Virus record (IMG/VR): IMGVR_UViG_3300042542_006078
Reading direction: 5' to 3' (one strand)
Source: a virus
Taxonomy: Duplodnaviria; Caudoviricetes
DNA length: 64,000 nucleotides
The notes beneath the pieces were generated by a model. That model did no database searches. It was not told the origin of the DNA and saw only the letters and a list, made by a program, of their open reading frames with translations. Positions within the stretch are counted from its first letter, which is position 1; every line of letters starts with the position of its first letter. Below, in pieces: positions 8,014 through 17,663 of this stretch. A program made the translations under genes and the position numbers.

Positions 8014-9234
8014 TTACATATTTCCGAGAAAAATTTCTTTTTCTTTTTGATTCATGGAGTTGGCTATTTCAGGGCCTTTCATGTGCATAAAATCTTTTGA
8101 ATTAGTTTGTTGTTTATAGTCAGCGAACTTATGAATGATGTTATTTTTTTGTAGTTTGGCAAATTCTAAGATATCATCTTTTGATCCTTGAAGAATTTCT
8201 TTTCTTTTGATTAGAGGAATGATTGGTGATGTTTCGAGGTTGTTGAGTTTGAGTAGTAGTTCAACTTTGTCTGAAACATCGTTTGTGTATTTGAGTGCTG
8301 ATAGTTTCTTTCTTACTTCTGTTGGTTCTGTGTTATCTCTCAAAATGAATGCTAGAGAAGCTGGGAAGCTTTTGACGCTTTCGATGTTTTGAGTATTTAC
8401 AATAAGTCCGGGTAGTACTGCTGGGAATAGTCCCAATTCTTGGTAATTTTTGAGGTAGCTTGATTTGTCTTTTGCTGATTTGAATCCGCTCATGAATTCT
8501 GCAACTATTCTTTCTCCTGATACACCTTCTAGTGTTTTGTATTTTTCTATTGCTCCGAGAGTATCGGAATCAAGTTGGTCTTTGATTCTGTTTGCATTAA
8601 ATCTACTGAAGAATCGGATCAATCTTAGTACTCTGAGTTTATCTTCTCTGAATCTGTCATATGGATTGCCTACTGGTCTTGCGACAAGGTTTTTGATGTC
8701 TTCAATTCCTTGGCCTTTTCCATTTGTTGTGTTGAAGTCAAGAATAGTTTTTTTATCGATGTCATAGAAAAGGGCATTCATGGTGAGGTCACGCCTGCTC
8801 GCATCTTTATCTGCTGTTGAGAAGCTTACTTTATCAGGTCTTCTTCCATCACCTGATATTGGATCATAATATTCTTCACGGAAAGTAGCTATTTCATATT
8901 CGTTGCCATTAAGGATTGCGGAAATGACACCGAATGCTTCTCCTTTTGGAAGTACTTTAATTCCGTGTCTAAGAGAATCTTGGCTTTTAAGAATTGCTGT
9001 TATTTGATCTGGTGTTGCATCTGTGGTGAGATCGACATCTTTTGGTCCAGAACCTTTTCCAGCCATGTGAAAATGGCTTATGAGGAAGTCACGAATTACT
9101 CCTCCTACTGCATAAAGTTTCTTGTTGTGTTTCTTGAATAGATCATTAAGAACCATGATATCATTAGGCATCGGTATTTCGATGTTGATATATTCTGCTT
9201 TTTCTTCGTTTTCAAGCCAAAGTTTGAATTTCAT
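8014..9234 (-). CDS. cca: Class II tRNA nucleotidyltransferase (CCA-adding enzyme / poly(A) polymerase family), motifs intact, tagged
   Basis: YAVGGVIRD, KDVDL (DxD), ATFREE..GRRPDKV loop, RRDLTMNAL, EDKLRVLRLIRF, SGERIVAEF. Start moved to ATG 9234 (MKFKLWLENE), which has ATAAATA 5 nt upstream. Confidence 0.9.
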   Translation of the reverse strand: MKFKLWLENEEKAEYINIEIPMPNDIMVLNDLFKKHNKKLYAVGGVIRDFLISHFHMAGKGSGPKDVDLTTDATPDQITAILKSQDSLRHGIKVLPKGEAFGVISAILNGNEYEIATFREEYYDPISGDGRRPDKVSFSTADKDASRRDLTMNALFYDIDKKTILDFNTTNGKGQGIEDIKNLVARPVGNPYDRFREDKLRVLRLIRFFSRFNANRIKDQLDSDTLGAIEKYKTLEGVSGERIVAEFMSGFKSAKDKSSYLKNYQELGLFPAVLPGLIVNTQNIESVKSFPASLAFILRDNTEPTEVRKKLSALKYTNDVSDKVELLLKLNNLETSPIIPLIKRKEILQGSKDDILEFAKLQKNNIIHKFADYKQQTNSKDFMHMKGPEIANSMNQKEKEIFLGNM

Positions 9235-9336
9235 GAGATTATTTATGGTATTAGAAAAATTTTTTGGTTTTGCTGAATTTTGGATTTTTCTTGACGAATA
9301 GGTATTGGTTTCTTTGATTTCATAGGAGTGCTTGAA

Positions 9337-9624
9337 ATGCAATACACGACTGTAATTCGTTGTTCTGGTTCTGATTTTGTTGGTAAAGACAAGAATGCTT
9401 TTAAGTCAGCTTTGGCTGCAAAGAAAGGTTTGAATTTGCCCAAAAAGGTTCATGTTTCGATTTCATTGGTTTTGGATGGTACTGAGATATTTCGTTCTCA
9501 TGGATTGGGTTTGAAGAGTGCTTTTTGGAGTTTTAAGGATAAATTGAGAAAGATGAAATTTGAAAGTAAAATTTTGATTGTCAAACCAATTACTTTGGTT
9601 TCGAGAGAGATAAATAAGGCATGA
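9337..9624 (+). CDS. Basic hypothetical protein
   Basis: AGGAG at 9324-9328 precedes ATG 9337; stop overlaps the next start (ATGA). Confidence 0.55.
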   Translation: MQYTTVIRCSGSDFVGKDKNAFKSALAAKKGLNLPKKVHVSISLVLDGTEIFRSHGLGLKSAFWSFKDKLRKMKFESKILIVKPITLVSREINKA

Positions 9625-10214
9625 TTTATTTTAAGTCTTGGTTAGAGAGTTCTGATTCTTTTCCAAGATATCTTTATCATGTAACTCCATCTTGTGATGA
9701 AGTTTTGAAAACTGGATTCAAGACTTCATCGCAATTGCCGCCCGGTTCGACTGTAATGGGTGGTAGTCATCAAAATTCTGTTAGTTTTACTTATGATTTG
9801 AAATGGGCCTATTATTATAAAGAGGCATTAGAAGAAGTCCGAGATATGTTAAATGATTCGGATTACATGTATAGCGATAAAATGTGGGACAGATTGCTTA
9901 AAAAGTTTCCTCTTTCTTCTAATGGCAGATATCTGATTGATTTAACAAAAAATATGATATATCCAAAAAAAGATGAACATGAAAAGATGCAGTTGTTTTT
10001 TCATATGCTTCCTCAAATATTTGATGGTCATTTCCCATTGATTTTTGGATCTGGATTAAAGAGAAGGCTTTCTGGAAATCCAAATATTTGCATATTAAAA
10101 GTTGACACTAGTGGATTATCATTGGATTTGGGGGAATCTAATCCAAAAGAAAAAGAAATTAGAGTTAAAAATCCAGAATTAATTAGTCTTGATAGAATCG
10201 ATGTTGTTTCGTGA
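9621..10214 (+). CDS. ADP-ribosyltransferase-fold protein (Tpt1/PARP-like His type), tagged
   Basis: Starts MIYFKSWLES. YLYHVT...VLKTGFK, SVSFTYD, ILKVD, EKEIRV. ATAAATA 4 nt upstream. Confidence 0.6.
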   Translation: MIYFKSWLESSDSFPRYLYHVTPSCDEVLKTGFKTSSQLPPGSTVMGGSHQNSVSFTYDLKWAYYYKEALEEVRDMLNDSDYMYSDKMWDRLLKKFPLSSNGRYLIDLTKNMIYPKKDEHEKMQLFFHMLPQIFDGHFPLIFGSGLKRRLSGNPNICILKVDTSGLSLDLGESNPKEKEIRVKNPELISLDRIDVVS

Positions 10215-10225
10215 ATCAATAATCT

Positions 10226-10711
10226 TCACTTTGCTTCTATCCAAACTGGAATTTCTGTTCTTCCTGCGTTTTTGTATGATTGCATTCTATGATGTCCGTC
10301 TCTAACCGAGTAATTATCGGGTGTTCCTTGTACTGTTATTGCTTCTGTATCTTTATTTGGATATCTTTTTAGATATGCTGTATATTTTGTAACTGTTCTA
10401 GGAGAATAAAGTTCTCTTTGTCCTATTGCGCTCCCTTTGAATCCTGATATTGGATATATTTTTTTGACAAACACTCCATCCATCGAGTTAAGATATTCAG
10501 TTCCATTGATTATAGCTCTGAATCCAACTCGTTGTTTTTTGAGGAATGGCATCAAATCCATTCTTCCAGCTTTGAATTCTTTTTCTGCTTCAATTGCAAT
10601 TTTATCGCTAAGGGGGATATATCCCAAATTAGGGTTTAACCTAGGTCTTTGGACAACCTTGTATTCAAGAGGGTTAGATTCACAGAAAATAAGAAAATCT
10701 TTGAAGTTCAT
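10226..10711 (-). CDS. ParB/Srx-like domain protein, tagged
   Basis: Starts MNFKDFLIFCE. AITVQG...YSVRDGHHRMQSYKNAGRTEIPVWI is a typical ParB-N motif. Confidence 0.75.
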   Translation of the reverse strand: MNFKDFLIFCESNPLEYKVVQRPRLNPNLGYIPLSDKIAIEAEKEFKAGRMDLMPFLKKQRVGFRAIINGTEYLNSMDGVFVKKIYPISGFKGSAIGQRELYSPRTVTKYTAYLKRYPNKDTEAITVQGTPDNYSVRDGHHRMQSYKNAGRTEIPVWIEAK

Positions 10712-10714
10712 GTT

Positions 10715-11842
10715 TTATTTATTCAATTTCAAGTCAATTTTTTCCCAAGAAAATTCATTTCTTCCGAAATGTCCTCCGCTTGCTGTAGCTGAATAAATTG
10801 GTTGTCGAAGTTGAAGTCTATCGATGATTGATTTGGGATTGAGTGGTACATTTTTAGTGATGAGTTGTGTGAGTTCTTCATCATTTCCTGTTCCGAATGT
10901 TTGCACACGGATTGAAACAGGTTCTATTACTCCTATTGCGTATGATACTTGAACTTGGCATTTTTTGGCGAATCCTTGTGATACCAAGTTTTTGGCTACA
11001 TGTCTTGCTGCGTATGCTGCACTTCTGTCTACTTTAGTTGGGTCTTTGCCGCTAAAGCTTCCTCCTCCTATTGGGCAATCTGCTCCGTAATTATCAACGA
11101 CGATTTTTCTGCCGCTTAGTCCTGTATCTGCTGCTGGCCCTCCAAGAGTCCAAAGTCCAGCAGGGTTGTATAACCATTTAGTTGTATTGTTCACTAATTG
11201 GCCAAAATCTTTAGTAATTGCCGGATAAACGATTTCATGGACATATTCATGAAGTTTTTCTATATTTTTGAAAACACCTTCACGATGTTGAGTTGAGACA
11301 AGTATTGTATCGATATATTTTGGATTTCCATCATTGTCATATGCTATGGTTACTTGGCTTTTTGCGTCTGGTAAAAGTGTATTAGAAATTGTTCTATTTT
11401 CTTTAAGTGCGTTAATTGCCACAAAGCTTAGATGATGGGCAAGAGGCATGAGTGGTTTTGTTTCATTGCAAGCAAATCCGAACATAAGTCCTTGGTCGCC
11501 CGCTCCGATATTTCCATCTTCTTTAGCTACTGCTTGAGCAATTTGCGATGATTGTCTATTGAGGTGATCAAGAATTTTAATTGTATTTCCGTCATAGCTT
11601 GTTTCTGGTGAGTTGTAGCCTATTTCGGTTATTTTTCTACGGACAAGTTTTTCAATGTCGAGTTTTTTTGATGATGATGTTTCACCTGTAACGAGTACGA
11701 GTTCTTTGCAACATGTTACTTCGACTGCGACACGGCTATTTGGTTCTAATTCCAAGTATGCATCAAGAATGGTATCTGCTATTTGGTCTGCGACCTTGTC
11801 TGGATGACCGTTTGAAACTGCTTCGCTTGTCCAAAGATACAT
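10715..11842 (-). CDS. metK: S-adenosylmethionine synthetase
   Basis: TSEAVSNGHPDKVADQI, GAGDQGLMFGFA, GGPAADTGLSGRKIVVDNYG, GGGSFSGKDPTKVDRSAAY. GAGGT RBS upstream. Confidence 0.97.
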   Translation of the reverse strand: MYLWTSEAVSNGHPDKVADQIADTILDAYLELEPNSRVAVEVTCCKELVLVTGETSSSKKLDIEKLVRRKITEIGYNSPETSYDGNTIKILDHLNRQSSQIAQAVAKEDGNIGAGDQGLMFGFACNETKPLMPLAHHLSFVAINALKENRTISNTLLPDAKSQVTIAYDNDGNPKYIDTILVSTQHREGVFKNIEKLHEYVHEIVYPAITKDFGQLVNNTTKWLYNPAGLWTLGGPAADTGLSGRKIVVDNYGADCPIGGGSFSGKDPTKVDRSAAYAARHVAKNLVSQGFAKKCQVQVSYAIGVIEPVSIRVQTFGTGNDEELTQLITKNVPLNPKSIIDRLQLRQPIYSATASGGHFGRNEFSWEKIDLKLNK

Positions 11843-11930
11843 ATGATTTACCTCATTTTGGTTTCAGATTAATGTAGTAATATTCCTATGATATATTTGG
11901 ATTTTATGTTAGTGAAGGAAAATAAAAATC

Positions 11931-12077
11931 ATGAAAAAAGATCAAGAGGTAAAGTCGCAATCTTTGGGTTTTTTGGCGACATTTATTTTGATTTCTGCTT
12001 GCAGGTCTGTGATTGGATATATAGCAGTTTGGCTTTTTAAGCCAATCTGGAATTGGTTTTGGAACAAGAAAAATTAA
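11931..12077 (+). CDS. Small (48 aa) membrane protein
   Basis: Hand-translated MKKDQEVKSQSLGFLATFILISACRSVIGYIAVWLFKPIWNWFWNKKN*. GAAGGA upstream. Confidence 0.5.
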   Translation: MKKDQEVKSQSLGFLATFILISACRSVIGYIAVWLFKPIWNWFWNKKN

Positions 12078-12084
12078 TTAATCC

Positions 12085-12612
12085 TCAGAATTTTCTTATT
12101 GATTTAAGATTTTTGAATTTTGAGTCAGGTATGATATCAGATGGTTTGTCCAATTTTTCTCCAACATGTTGCATGTGTTTTCTAACTCCACGCTCATTTT
12201 GGCCGACTCTCTTGTGAATTGGCGGGAAATTTGTTTCCATCCATTGGATGATTGCTTTTGGATCGCCTTCACTTCCGCATGTGAAAACATCAATATTGAG
12301 AAGTCCTTTTTCTGGCCATGTGTGGACTACGATGTGGCTTTGTCCTAGGACGATGAGATATGTGAATCCTGATTCTGGCTTGTTGTCATAAAGAGTCAGT
12401 CTTTTGTCGAAAACTTTCATGTTTCCATGTTCGGCTGCTTTGACTAGTGAATCAATAAGTGTTTCCTTATTGGCGACCTGTAGAAAATCGCTTTTTTCAG
12501 GATGATACCAAAAATCAACATTAAGGCTTAATCCAGAGCAATAATCACCTGTTGGAGTGTGAATTATTTCTGATTGTTCTTCTTCAATTAGCCATTTTTT
12601 GAAATCAATCAT
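12085..12612 (-). CDS. speD: Pyruvoyl-dependent S-adenosylmethionine decarboxylase family protein, tagged
   Basis: GFTYLIVLGQSHIVVHTWPEKGLLNIDVFTCG (consensus G-x-T-x-h-h-h-L-x-ESH-h-x-h-HTWPE...DhFTCG). Starts MIDFKKWLIEE. Confidence 0.88.
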   Translation of the reverse strand: MIDFKKWLIEEEQSEIIHTPTGDYCSGLSLNVDFWYHPEKSDFLQVANKETLIDSLVKAAEHGNMKVFDKRLTLYDNKPESGFTYLIVLGQSHIVVHTWPEKGLLNIDVFTCGSEGDPKAIIQWMETNFPPIHKRVGQNERGVRKHMQHVGEKLDKPSDIIPDSKFKNLKSIRKF

Positions 12613-12743
12613 AATTTACCTTAATTTGTGGAATAATATTTCCGATCATATTTAATCATTTGATAAATTACTTCTTTGGGAAAACTTTATCTAATTCTTG
12701 TCCGAATGATGATGGCGAAAGCATGTTTATATATTATGAGTCT

Positions 12744-14582
12744 TTAATCTGGCAATAAAGGTTGGCTTCTTGCTTTAGCAATATCAGAAATTTGCTTTGA
12801 AAGATTGGATAATTTATCAACATCTGGTGTGCCACCAGCGTTCTTGATGATTTTTAGTGCTAATTCAGCAGCATTGCCGGTTGGTCCATTTCCTGCAATG
12901 GCAGTAATTTGCATGTCAAGTCTAGAGTCAAATAGTCTCTTTGTTTGGTATGATAATTCTCCGCCTCTAGAGAAAGGGTCTTTAATTAAATCATGAAATT
13001 TATCTTTAGTTTCTCTAATTGCGTTTTGCAATGATTCATAATCTTTAATTTCACCTTTTTGTATCTTTTCAATAATTTCCATTTTTGCTTGTTTAATGGC
13101 TACCGTGCTAGTAAGGCTATGTTTTGCAGCGGTGGCTGCATTTGCTGCTTGAGCTTTAGCATCTGCTGCCGCTTTGGCTTTAGCATCGACTGCTGCTTGG
13201 GCTTTAGCATCTGCTGCCGCTTGGGCTTTAGCATCGACTGCTGCTTGGGCTTTAGCATCGACTGCTGCTTGAGCTTTAGCATCGACTGCTGCTTGGGCTT
13301 TTGTTTGAGCAACATCGACTGCTGCTTGACCTTTAGCTTGAGCAACATCGACTGCTGCTTGACCTTTGGCTTGAGCCAAATCTGCTACTGCTTGACCTTT
13401 GGCTTGAGCCATATCTGCTGCAACAGCAACAGGAGCTACTTGTGCAACTGCGCTTTGAACATCTTGAGGATTAACATCTGGGACTAAGGCGGCAACTTTT
13501 TGACTTATAGCGTCTTGAATTGAATGTGATACTCTACCTAAAGCTCCGCCAGTAACTATTGAAACAGCTACAATAGCTGCCAATTTTACTACCATTTTTG
13601 GATTATTTGTCACATATTTATAAATTTCTTTTACACGATTAGCGAGTCCTGTAAAAAGATTTTTTGTTGCGCCAGCGACATATCCTGTTGTTGCGCCAAA
13701 AAAACTACCAAGACCTTTAGCCATCCTGCTAAAAAAGCCTTGTTTTTCTTCTTCTGTCATATAAATTGATTCATCTATTTTGAGCCAATTTCTAAATGAT
13801 AAACCATTTGTGATTGAAAAATTTAATTCAGGGTTTAGCAATTCGTAGTCAAAACTTTCTGCGGTAACAGGCTTTTTTTGTTTCAGAAAATTAACAATTT
13901 GACCAAGCGTGTCTTTTAGATTTTTGGTTTGTGGGCCATATGGAATTTTTCTTGCTTGGTCATTGATTTTATTATAAGTAGCAGCAAAGTTTCTCCATTG
14001 TTCTGGGTTCAACTCTCTTTTGCCTATTTTTAAGAGATTATTGAAAAGAGCTTGTGCGTATTTTTGAAGATTTCCGCCCATATCGTTTTCGGGAGATAAT
14101 TTTTTATCAGGTTCGGGAGATAATTTTTTATCATTTTGATCAGGCCCCATGACAGCATCAACAGCAGCAGAAACGCCTTTTCCAAATAGTTTGTTCAAAG
14201 GCTGTCTTGCAAAATACATAATTGCAGCCAAGGGAATAGCAGCACTAGATGTTGCTGTAAGTCCAGCTACTGACATGCTAAGAACTAGAGGAAAAGTTAT
14301 TCCTGTGTTATTTGAAATAGTAGAAGCGCCTTGATAAGCTGCTTTGATGTAGGGAAGTACTGCGTCTCTAAATTTTTCAAAATGTTGTTCTGGGGCATCG
14401 TAAGAGCTTTTGAAAGAAGATGAAAAGCCTTGAAGAAAAGGGCTTTTGCTGAGGTTAAAAAAATCTGATTCAAAGTATTCTGATTCAAAGTATTCTGATT
14501 CAAAATATTGAATAGCAACTTCTTGATATATTTTATCAAAGTTTTTGTATTTAGTTCTGTCGAATATAATTGCAGATTCCAT
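12744..14582 (-). CDS. Ala/Gln/Lys-repeat protein with hydrophobic helices; candidate virion internal or ejection protein
   Basis: 612 aa; two hydrophobic segments; internal LSFRNWLKIDE; DAKAQAAV repeats; ATAGATA 4 nt before the ATG. Confidence 0.6.
   Translation of the reverse strand: MESAIIFDRTKYKNFDKIYQEVAIQYFESEYFESEYFESDFFNLSKSPFLQGFSSSFKSSYDAPEQHFEKFRDAVLPYIKAAYQGASTISNNTGITFPLVLSMSVAGLTATSSAAIPLAAIMYFARQPLNKLFGKGVSAAVDAVMGPDQNDKKLSPEPDKKLSPENDMGGNLQKYAQALFNNLLKIGKRELNPEQWRNFAATYNKINDQARKIPYGPQTKNLKDTLGQIVNFLKQKKPVTAESFDYELLNPELNFSITNGLSFRNWLKIDESIYMTEEEKQGFFSRMAKGLGSFFGATTGYVAGATKNLFTGLANRVKEIYKYVTNNPKMVVKLAAIVAVSIVTGGALGRVSHSIQDAISQKVAALVPDVNPQDVQSAVAQVAPVAVAADMAQAKGQAVADLAQAKGQAAVDVAQAKGQAAVDVAQTKAQAAVDAKAQAAVDAKAQAAVDAKAQAAADAKAQAAVDAKAKAAADAKAQAANAATAAKHSLTSTVAIKQAKMEIIEKIQKGEIKDYESLQNAIRETKDKFHDLIKDPFSRGGELSYQTKRLFDSRLDMQITAIAGNGPTGNAAELALKIIKNAGGTPDVDKLSNLSKQISDIAKARSQPLLPD
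13143..13420 (-). repeat. Coding tandem repeats: 24-nt (DAKAQAAV) and 33-nt (DVAQAKGQAAV) units
   Basis: Repeated gctttagcatcgactgctgcttg units visible at 13150-13300. Confidence 0.9.
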
Positions 14583-14609
14583 GAATTATCTATGAATCAA
14601 AATAATTTT

Positions 14610-15314
14610 TTAGATAACTTGTGAAATTTCTTCTGGGCTTATTGTGAATGCAATGTTGGCCAGTTTTATCAAATCGATTCTGTCTTTTTCTGGACTGTCG
14701 TAGTAGGCCCTGTGTGCCGCATTGGCTGAAAACTGCCAAGAATCGACTAATACTGCCATAATTGATGCGATGCCGCAACTGACATATTCTTCTTGTTGAT
14801 CTTTTGCCTTATTCATTTCAATGTTTTGCAATTGTTGCATGACGCAGTCTGCTGTTTCTTTTGTTCTGTTGTTTCCGTTAAGATAATTCTTGGCCCAAAT
14901 TTTATAGAATTGATTTTTCATTAAATGAATGCTGCAAAGTATGGAAAATGCTATTCTTTGAATACTTGTTGGTTCTGTGATTTCTATTCTTTTAATTGCC
15001 TTTAGTTTTTTACATTCATATCTAAAACCAAAGGATAATGTCTTTTCTCCTTCTACTTTCCAGATGTGAGGATTCTTGAATCCTTCGTATGCTGCATTCA
15101 TCATAAGAGCCAAAATTGGATCATCATAAACGCTGAATAGATAATTTGGATTTTCAAATTGTTCATTTGTGCAGTTTTCTGTCCAAAGAACATTTTTTAA
15201 TGTTTTGTCATCACCATCTGTAATTAGGTACATAATGTTCCCTCCAGCAATTATAAGAGTGACATTTTTTATTCTTTCTTTGACTTTAGCGTCAATAATA
15301 TATGATATTTGCAA
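14610..15314 (-). CDS. Hypothetical protein
   Basis: 234 aa; TTG start with AGGAGG about 9 nt upstream; could also start at the MYLITD Met. Confidence 0.6.
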   Translation of the reverse strand: MQISYIIDAKVKERIKNVTLIIAGGNIMYLITDGDDKTLKNVLWTENCTNEQFENPNYLFSVYDDPILALMMNAAYEGFKNPHIWKVEGEKTLSFGFRYECKKLKAIKRIEITEPTSIQRIAFSILCSIHLMKNQFYKIWAKNYLNGNNRTKETADCVMQQLQNIEMNKAKDQQEEYVSCGIASIMAVLVDSWQFSANAAHRAYYDSPEKDRIDLIKLANIAFTISPEEISQVI

Positions 15315-15336
15315 TTTGAATTATCCTCCTTACTAC

Positions 15337-15861
15337 ATGAATAAATTTGTTGATTTGCTGATTCAACCAGATGATATTACATGTGGTCCAACATCTACTT
15401 CTATGTTGCTTCGTTTTTATGGTGTTGATGCGAAAATTGACGATGTGAAAAAATTGACAAAAACAGTTTGGTATACTATGGATGGCAAGGATTTTGGGAT
15501 GACTGTTCCATCATTTATTAGAGACTGTTTGATTTCTTATGGTTTTACGGCATTATTGAAAAAGGGTGATTTGAGTCATTTGAAAAATATTATCAGTTCT
15601 GGAAGGCCTTCAATAGTATTGGTTAGAAGTGGAGAGTGGAATTGGCATTACATTGTTGTTGTTGGATATGGAGATGGTTTCATTTATTTTGCTAATCCAA
15701 GTAATGGAGAAGTTGAAGGATTAAGTGAAAGTGAGTTTAAGAGAGCTTGGAATTGGAGTGGTGATTTGCGTGGCAATAAAAGAAGCTGGTGGGTTGCTTT
15801 TTGGTTAAGTTCTTTAGAAATTTATCCTTGTTCCTATGTTTACATAAAGGGTAATATATAG
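15337..15861 (+). CDS. Peptidase C39-like (papain-fold) protein
   Basis: QPDDITCGPTS (Q-x5-C), WHYIVVVGY (H), FANPS. Start moved to ATG 15337 to avoid overlap with the divergent gene. Confidence 0.85.
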   Translation: MNKFVDLLIQPDDITCGPTSTSMLLRFYGVDAKIDDVKKLTKTVWYTMDGKDFGMTVPSFIRDCLISYGFTALLKKGDLSHLKNIISSGRPSIVLVRSGEWNWHYIVVVGYGDGFIYFANPSNGEVEGLSESEFKRAWNWSGDLRGNKRSWWVAFWLSSLEIYPCSYVYIKGNI

Positions 15862-15872
15862 CCTTTAGAGGT

Positions 15873-16829
15873 ATGGTCATGAAATACATAATGATTGCTG
15901 TTTTGCTAATTTTATCGTATTTTTTCTTTTTTGGAATTGGTGGAAGAAAGCAAACAAAGGTTGATGATGTTGTCAAAGAAGAGGTCGCAATCAAGGTTTC
16001 GACCAATGAAAAACCATTTTTAACAGAAGAGCCTAGATGGAAGAAGTTAAGTCGCATTCGTGAGGTGAGCAATCCTGACTTGGGTGTTGTTCTTGGAGAC
16101 TTGGAAAGTCATATTGTTGCTGGCCACAATTATAATGATCGGAACAAAATCACATGGGCTCATCAGGTTTCGCATGGAATTAGCGCCGCAATAAGAAACA
16201 AAGTTTACAGCAAGGAGCCATTAAACGGTTTTTATTTGCTTCAAGATAGGTCGATTGTGCTTAAAGAACCATTTATTACAATCAAGGATGTTGCCAGAGA
16301 GATACCTGAAAAATTGCAAGGTCCAAGTTTCAAACTTTATTTTGTAGAACAGAACGACAAGTGGAATGACAAGCCCTTTTACATTATAGACGAGTGGGTT
16401 GCTTTCACGAATGGTTCTGAGGTCGGCAAGGAATTGAATTATGATGGTTGGTATTTTGAGTTATTGCAGGCCCATAACTTCAATGTTTATTCAATTTATC
16501 TTGCTATGGTCACAAACAGAGATACAAGAAATTACCAAGATTCAGATCTTAAAAAATTTATGAAATGGAATATTGAGCGTGTATTCAGGATTAGTATGCC
16601 GAGTGATAGGGAAGAGATTGATAGGGCAAGACAAACAAAGATAGTGAGCAACAATACTAGTCATATTTGTCCTCATTGCAGGGTTGAGGGCAACATGGAA
16701 AAGGTTGATTTGAAAAGAAGTAAAGAATATATTGAATTATTCAGAACTTTACCAGAAGCGCAAAACATCAGGGATTTTGCCAAAGATTATTTTGGCGAAG
16801 AATGGTGTAAAAGAATTTATGGTTTTTGA
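15873..16829 (+). CDS. Membrane-anchored protein with metallopeptidase-like HQxxH motif
   Basis: N-terminal TM IMIAVLLILSYFFFFGIGG; TWAHQVSHGI; downstream YIIDEWVAF. Confidence 0.6.
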   Translation: MVMKYIMIAVLLILSYFFFFGIGGRKQTKVDDVVKEEVAIKVSTNEKPFLTEEPRWKKLSRIREVSNPDLGVVLGDLESHIVAGHNYNDRNKITWAHQVSHGISAAIRNKVYSKEPLNGFYLLQDRSIVLKEPFITIKDVAREIPEKLQGPSFKLYFVEQNDKWNDKPFYIIDEWVAFTNGSEVGKELNYDGWYFELLQAHNFNVYSIYLAMVTNRDTRNYQDSDLKKFMKWNIERVFRISMPSDREEIDRARQTKIVSNNTSHICPHCRVEGNMEKVDLKRSKEYIELFRTLPEAQNIRDFAKDYFGEEWCKRIYGF

Positions 16830-16832
16830 CCA

Positions 16833-17660
16833 ATGAAAATACTTTATTTGTTGAATGAATCGCCATTTTATATGCAGATGGCTTGGTTCAGTATTTATAC
16901 ATTGAGAAAATTCAACAAGGACATTAAGGTTGAAATTCTATATGTGTGTGATAATCAGAATGATAATAGATATTCTCCTGTGAATTTTGATTTTGGTTTG
17001 GATATTTTTAGTAAAGATACATTTGTTGAATCGTTGAAAAAGTTCGATGTTGAATTTAACTTTGTGCATGATTTAGATTTGAAGGAAGAAAAGGGTTATC
17101 ACCCGATTCACAGGATTGCTTTCCAGAATGTTGAGGATGATCAAATACTACTTCTTGATGCTGACACATTCATATTTGGAGATTTGACTCCATTTTTTAA
17201 TGCTTTGAATTATCATGACTTGGTTGCAGATATAAATGAATGGGGTAGATGGGGCAATAATTTTCCTTACAATGGCTTGGATGTGACACCTTTCAATTCT
17301 GGTGTTGTTCTTTTCAATAAGGGTTTGCTTCGTGATTATGGTAGTCAAGTTTATGATTTGAGCATGTCTGTAAAAGGTGTTGATCATCCAGTCGGAAGAT
17401 GGATGGCTGATTATGAAAGGTTTGAGGGCAGTAATGGTAAGGGGGGAAGAGAAGAGATTGCTTTCACATTGTTTGTTTTGGACAATAAAATTAATTTCAG
17501 GCATTCAACTTTTCGGGAAATACAGACTACTAGAAGATTCACGGATTGTTTGATACATCACACTCAGACACCCAACTATATTCGTTCTTGGAAAAAGTAT
17601 TTTAGATCAGGTGATTTCAAATCTAATCTAAAACTTAAATGTGTTTATCTGCATAAATAA
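16833..17660 (+). CDS. GT-A fold glycosyltransferase (GT8-like)
   Basis: ILLLDADTFIFGDL (DxD), FNSGVVLFN, C-terminal IHH. Confidence 0.8.
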   Translation: MKILYLLNESPFYMQMAWFSIYTLRKFNKDIKVEILYVCDNQNDNRYSPVNFDFGLDIFSKDTFVESLKKFDVEFNFVHDLDLKEEKGYHPIHRIAFQNVEDDQILLLDADTFIFGDLTPFFNALNYHDLVADINEWGRWGNNFPYNGLDVTPFNSGVVLFNKGLLRDYGSQVYDLSMSVKGVDHPVGRWMADYERFEGSNGKGGREEIAFTLFVLDNKINFRHSTFREIQTTRRFTDCLIHHTQTPNYIRSWKKYFRSGDFKSNLKLKCVYLHK

Positions 17661-17663
17661 TTC

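Noticed and set aside
9235-9342. N-terminal extension of the CCA ORF as given in the track (similarly 5224-5241, 15169-15336, 18171-18260, 21408-21434)
   Set aside because: The promoter box, RBS or tag motif points to downstream ATGs, and the extensions overlap neighbouring genes or promoters.
12695-12730. tgatga...cgaaa resembling a hammerhead ribozyme core
   Set aside because: Lacks CUGAUGA and the flanking stems needed for the fold.
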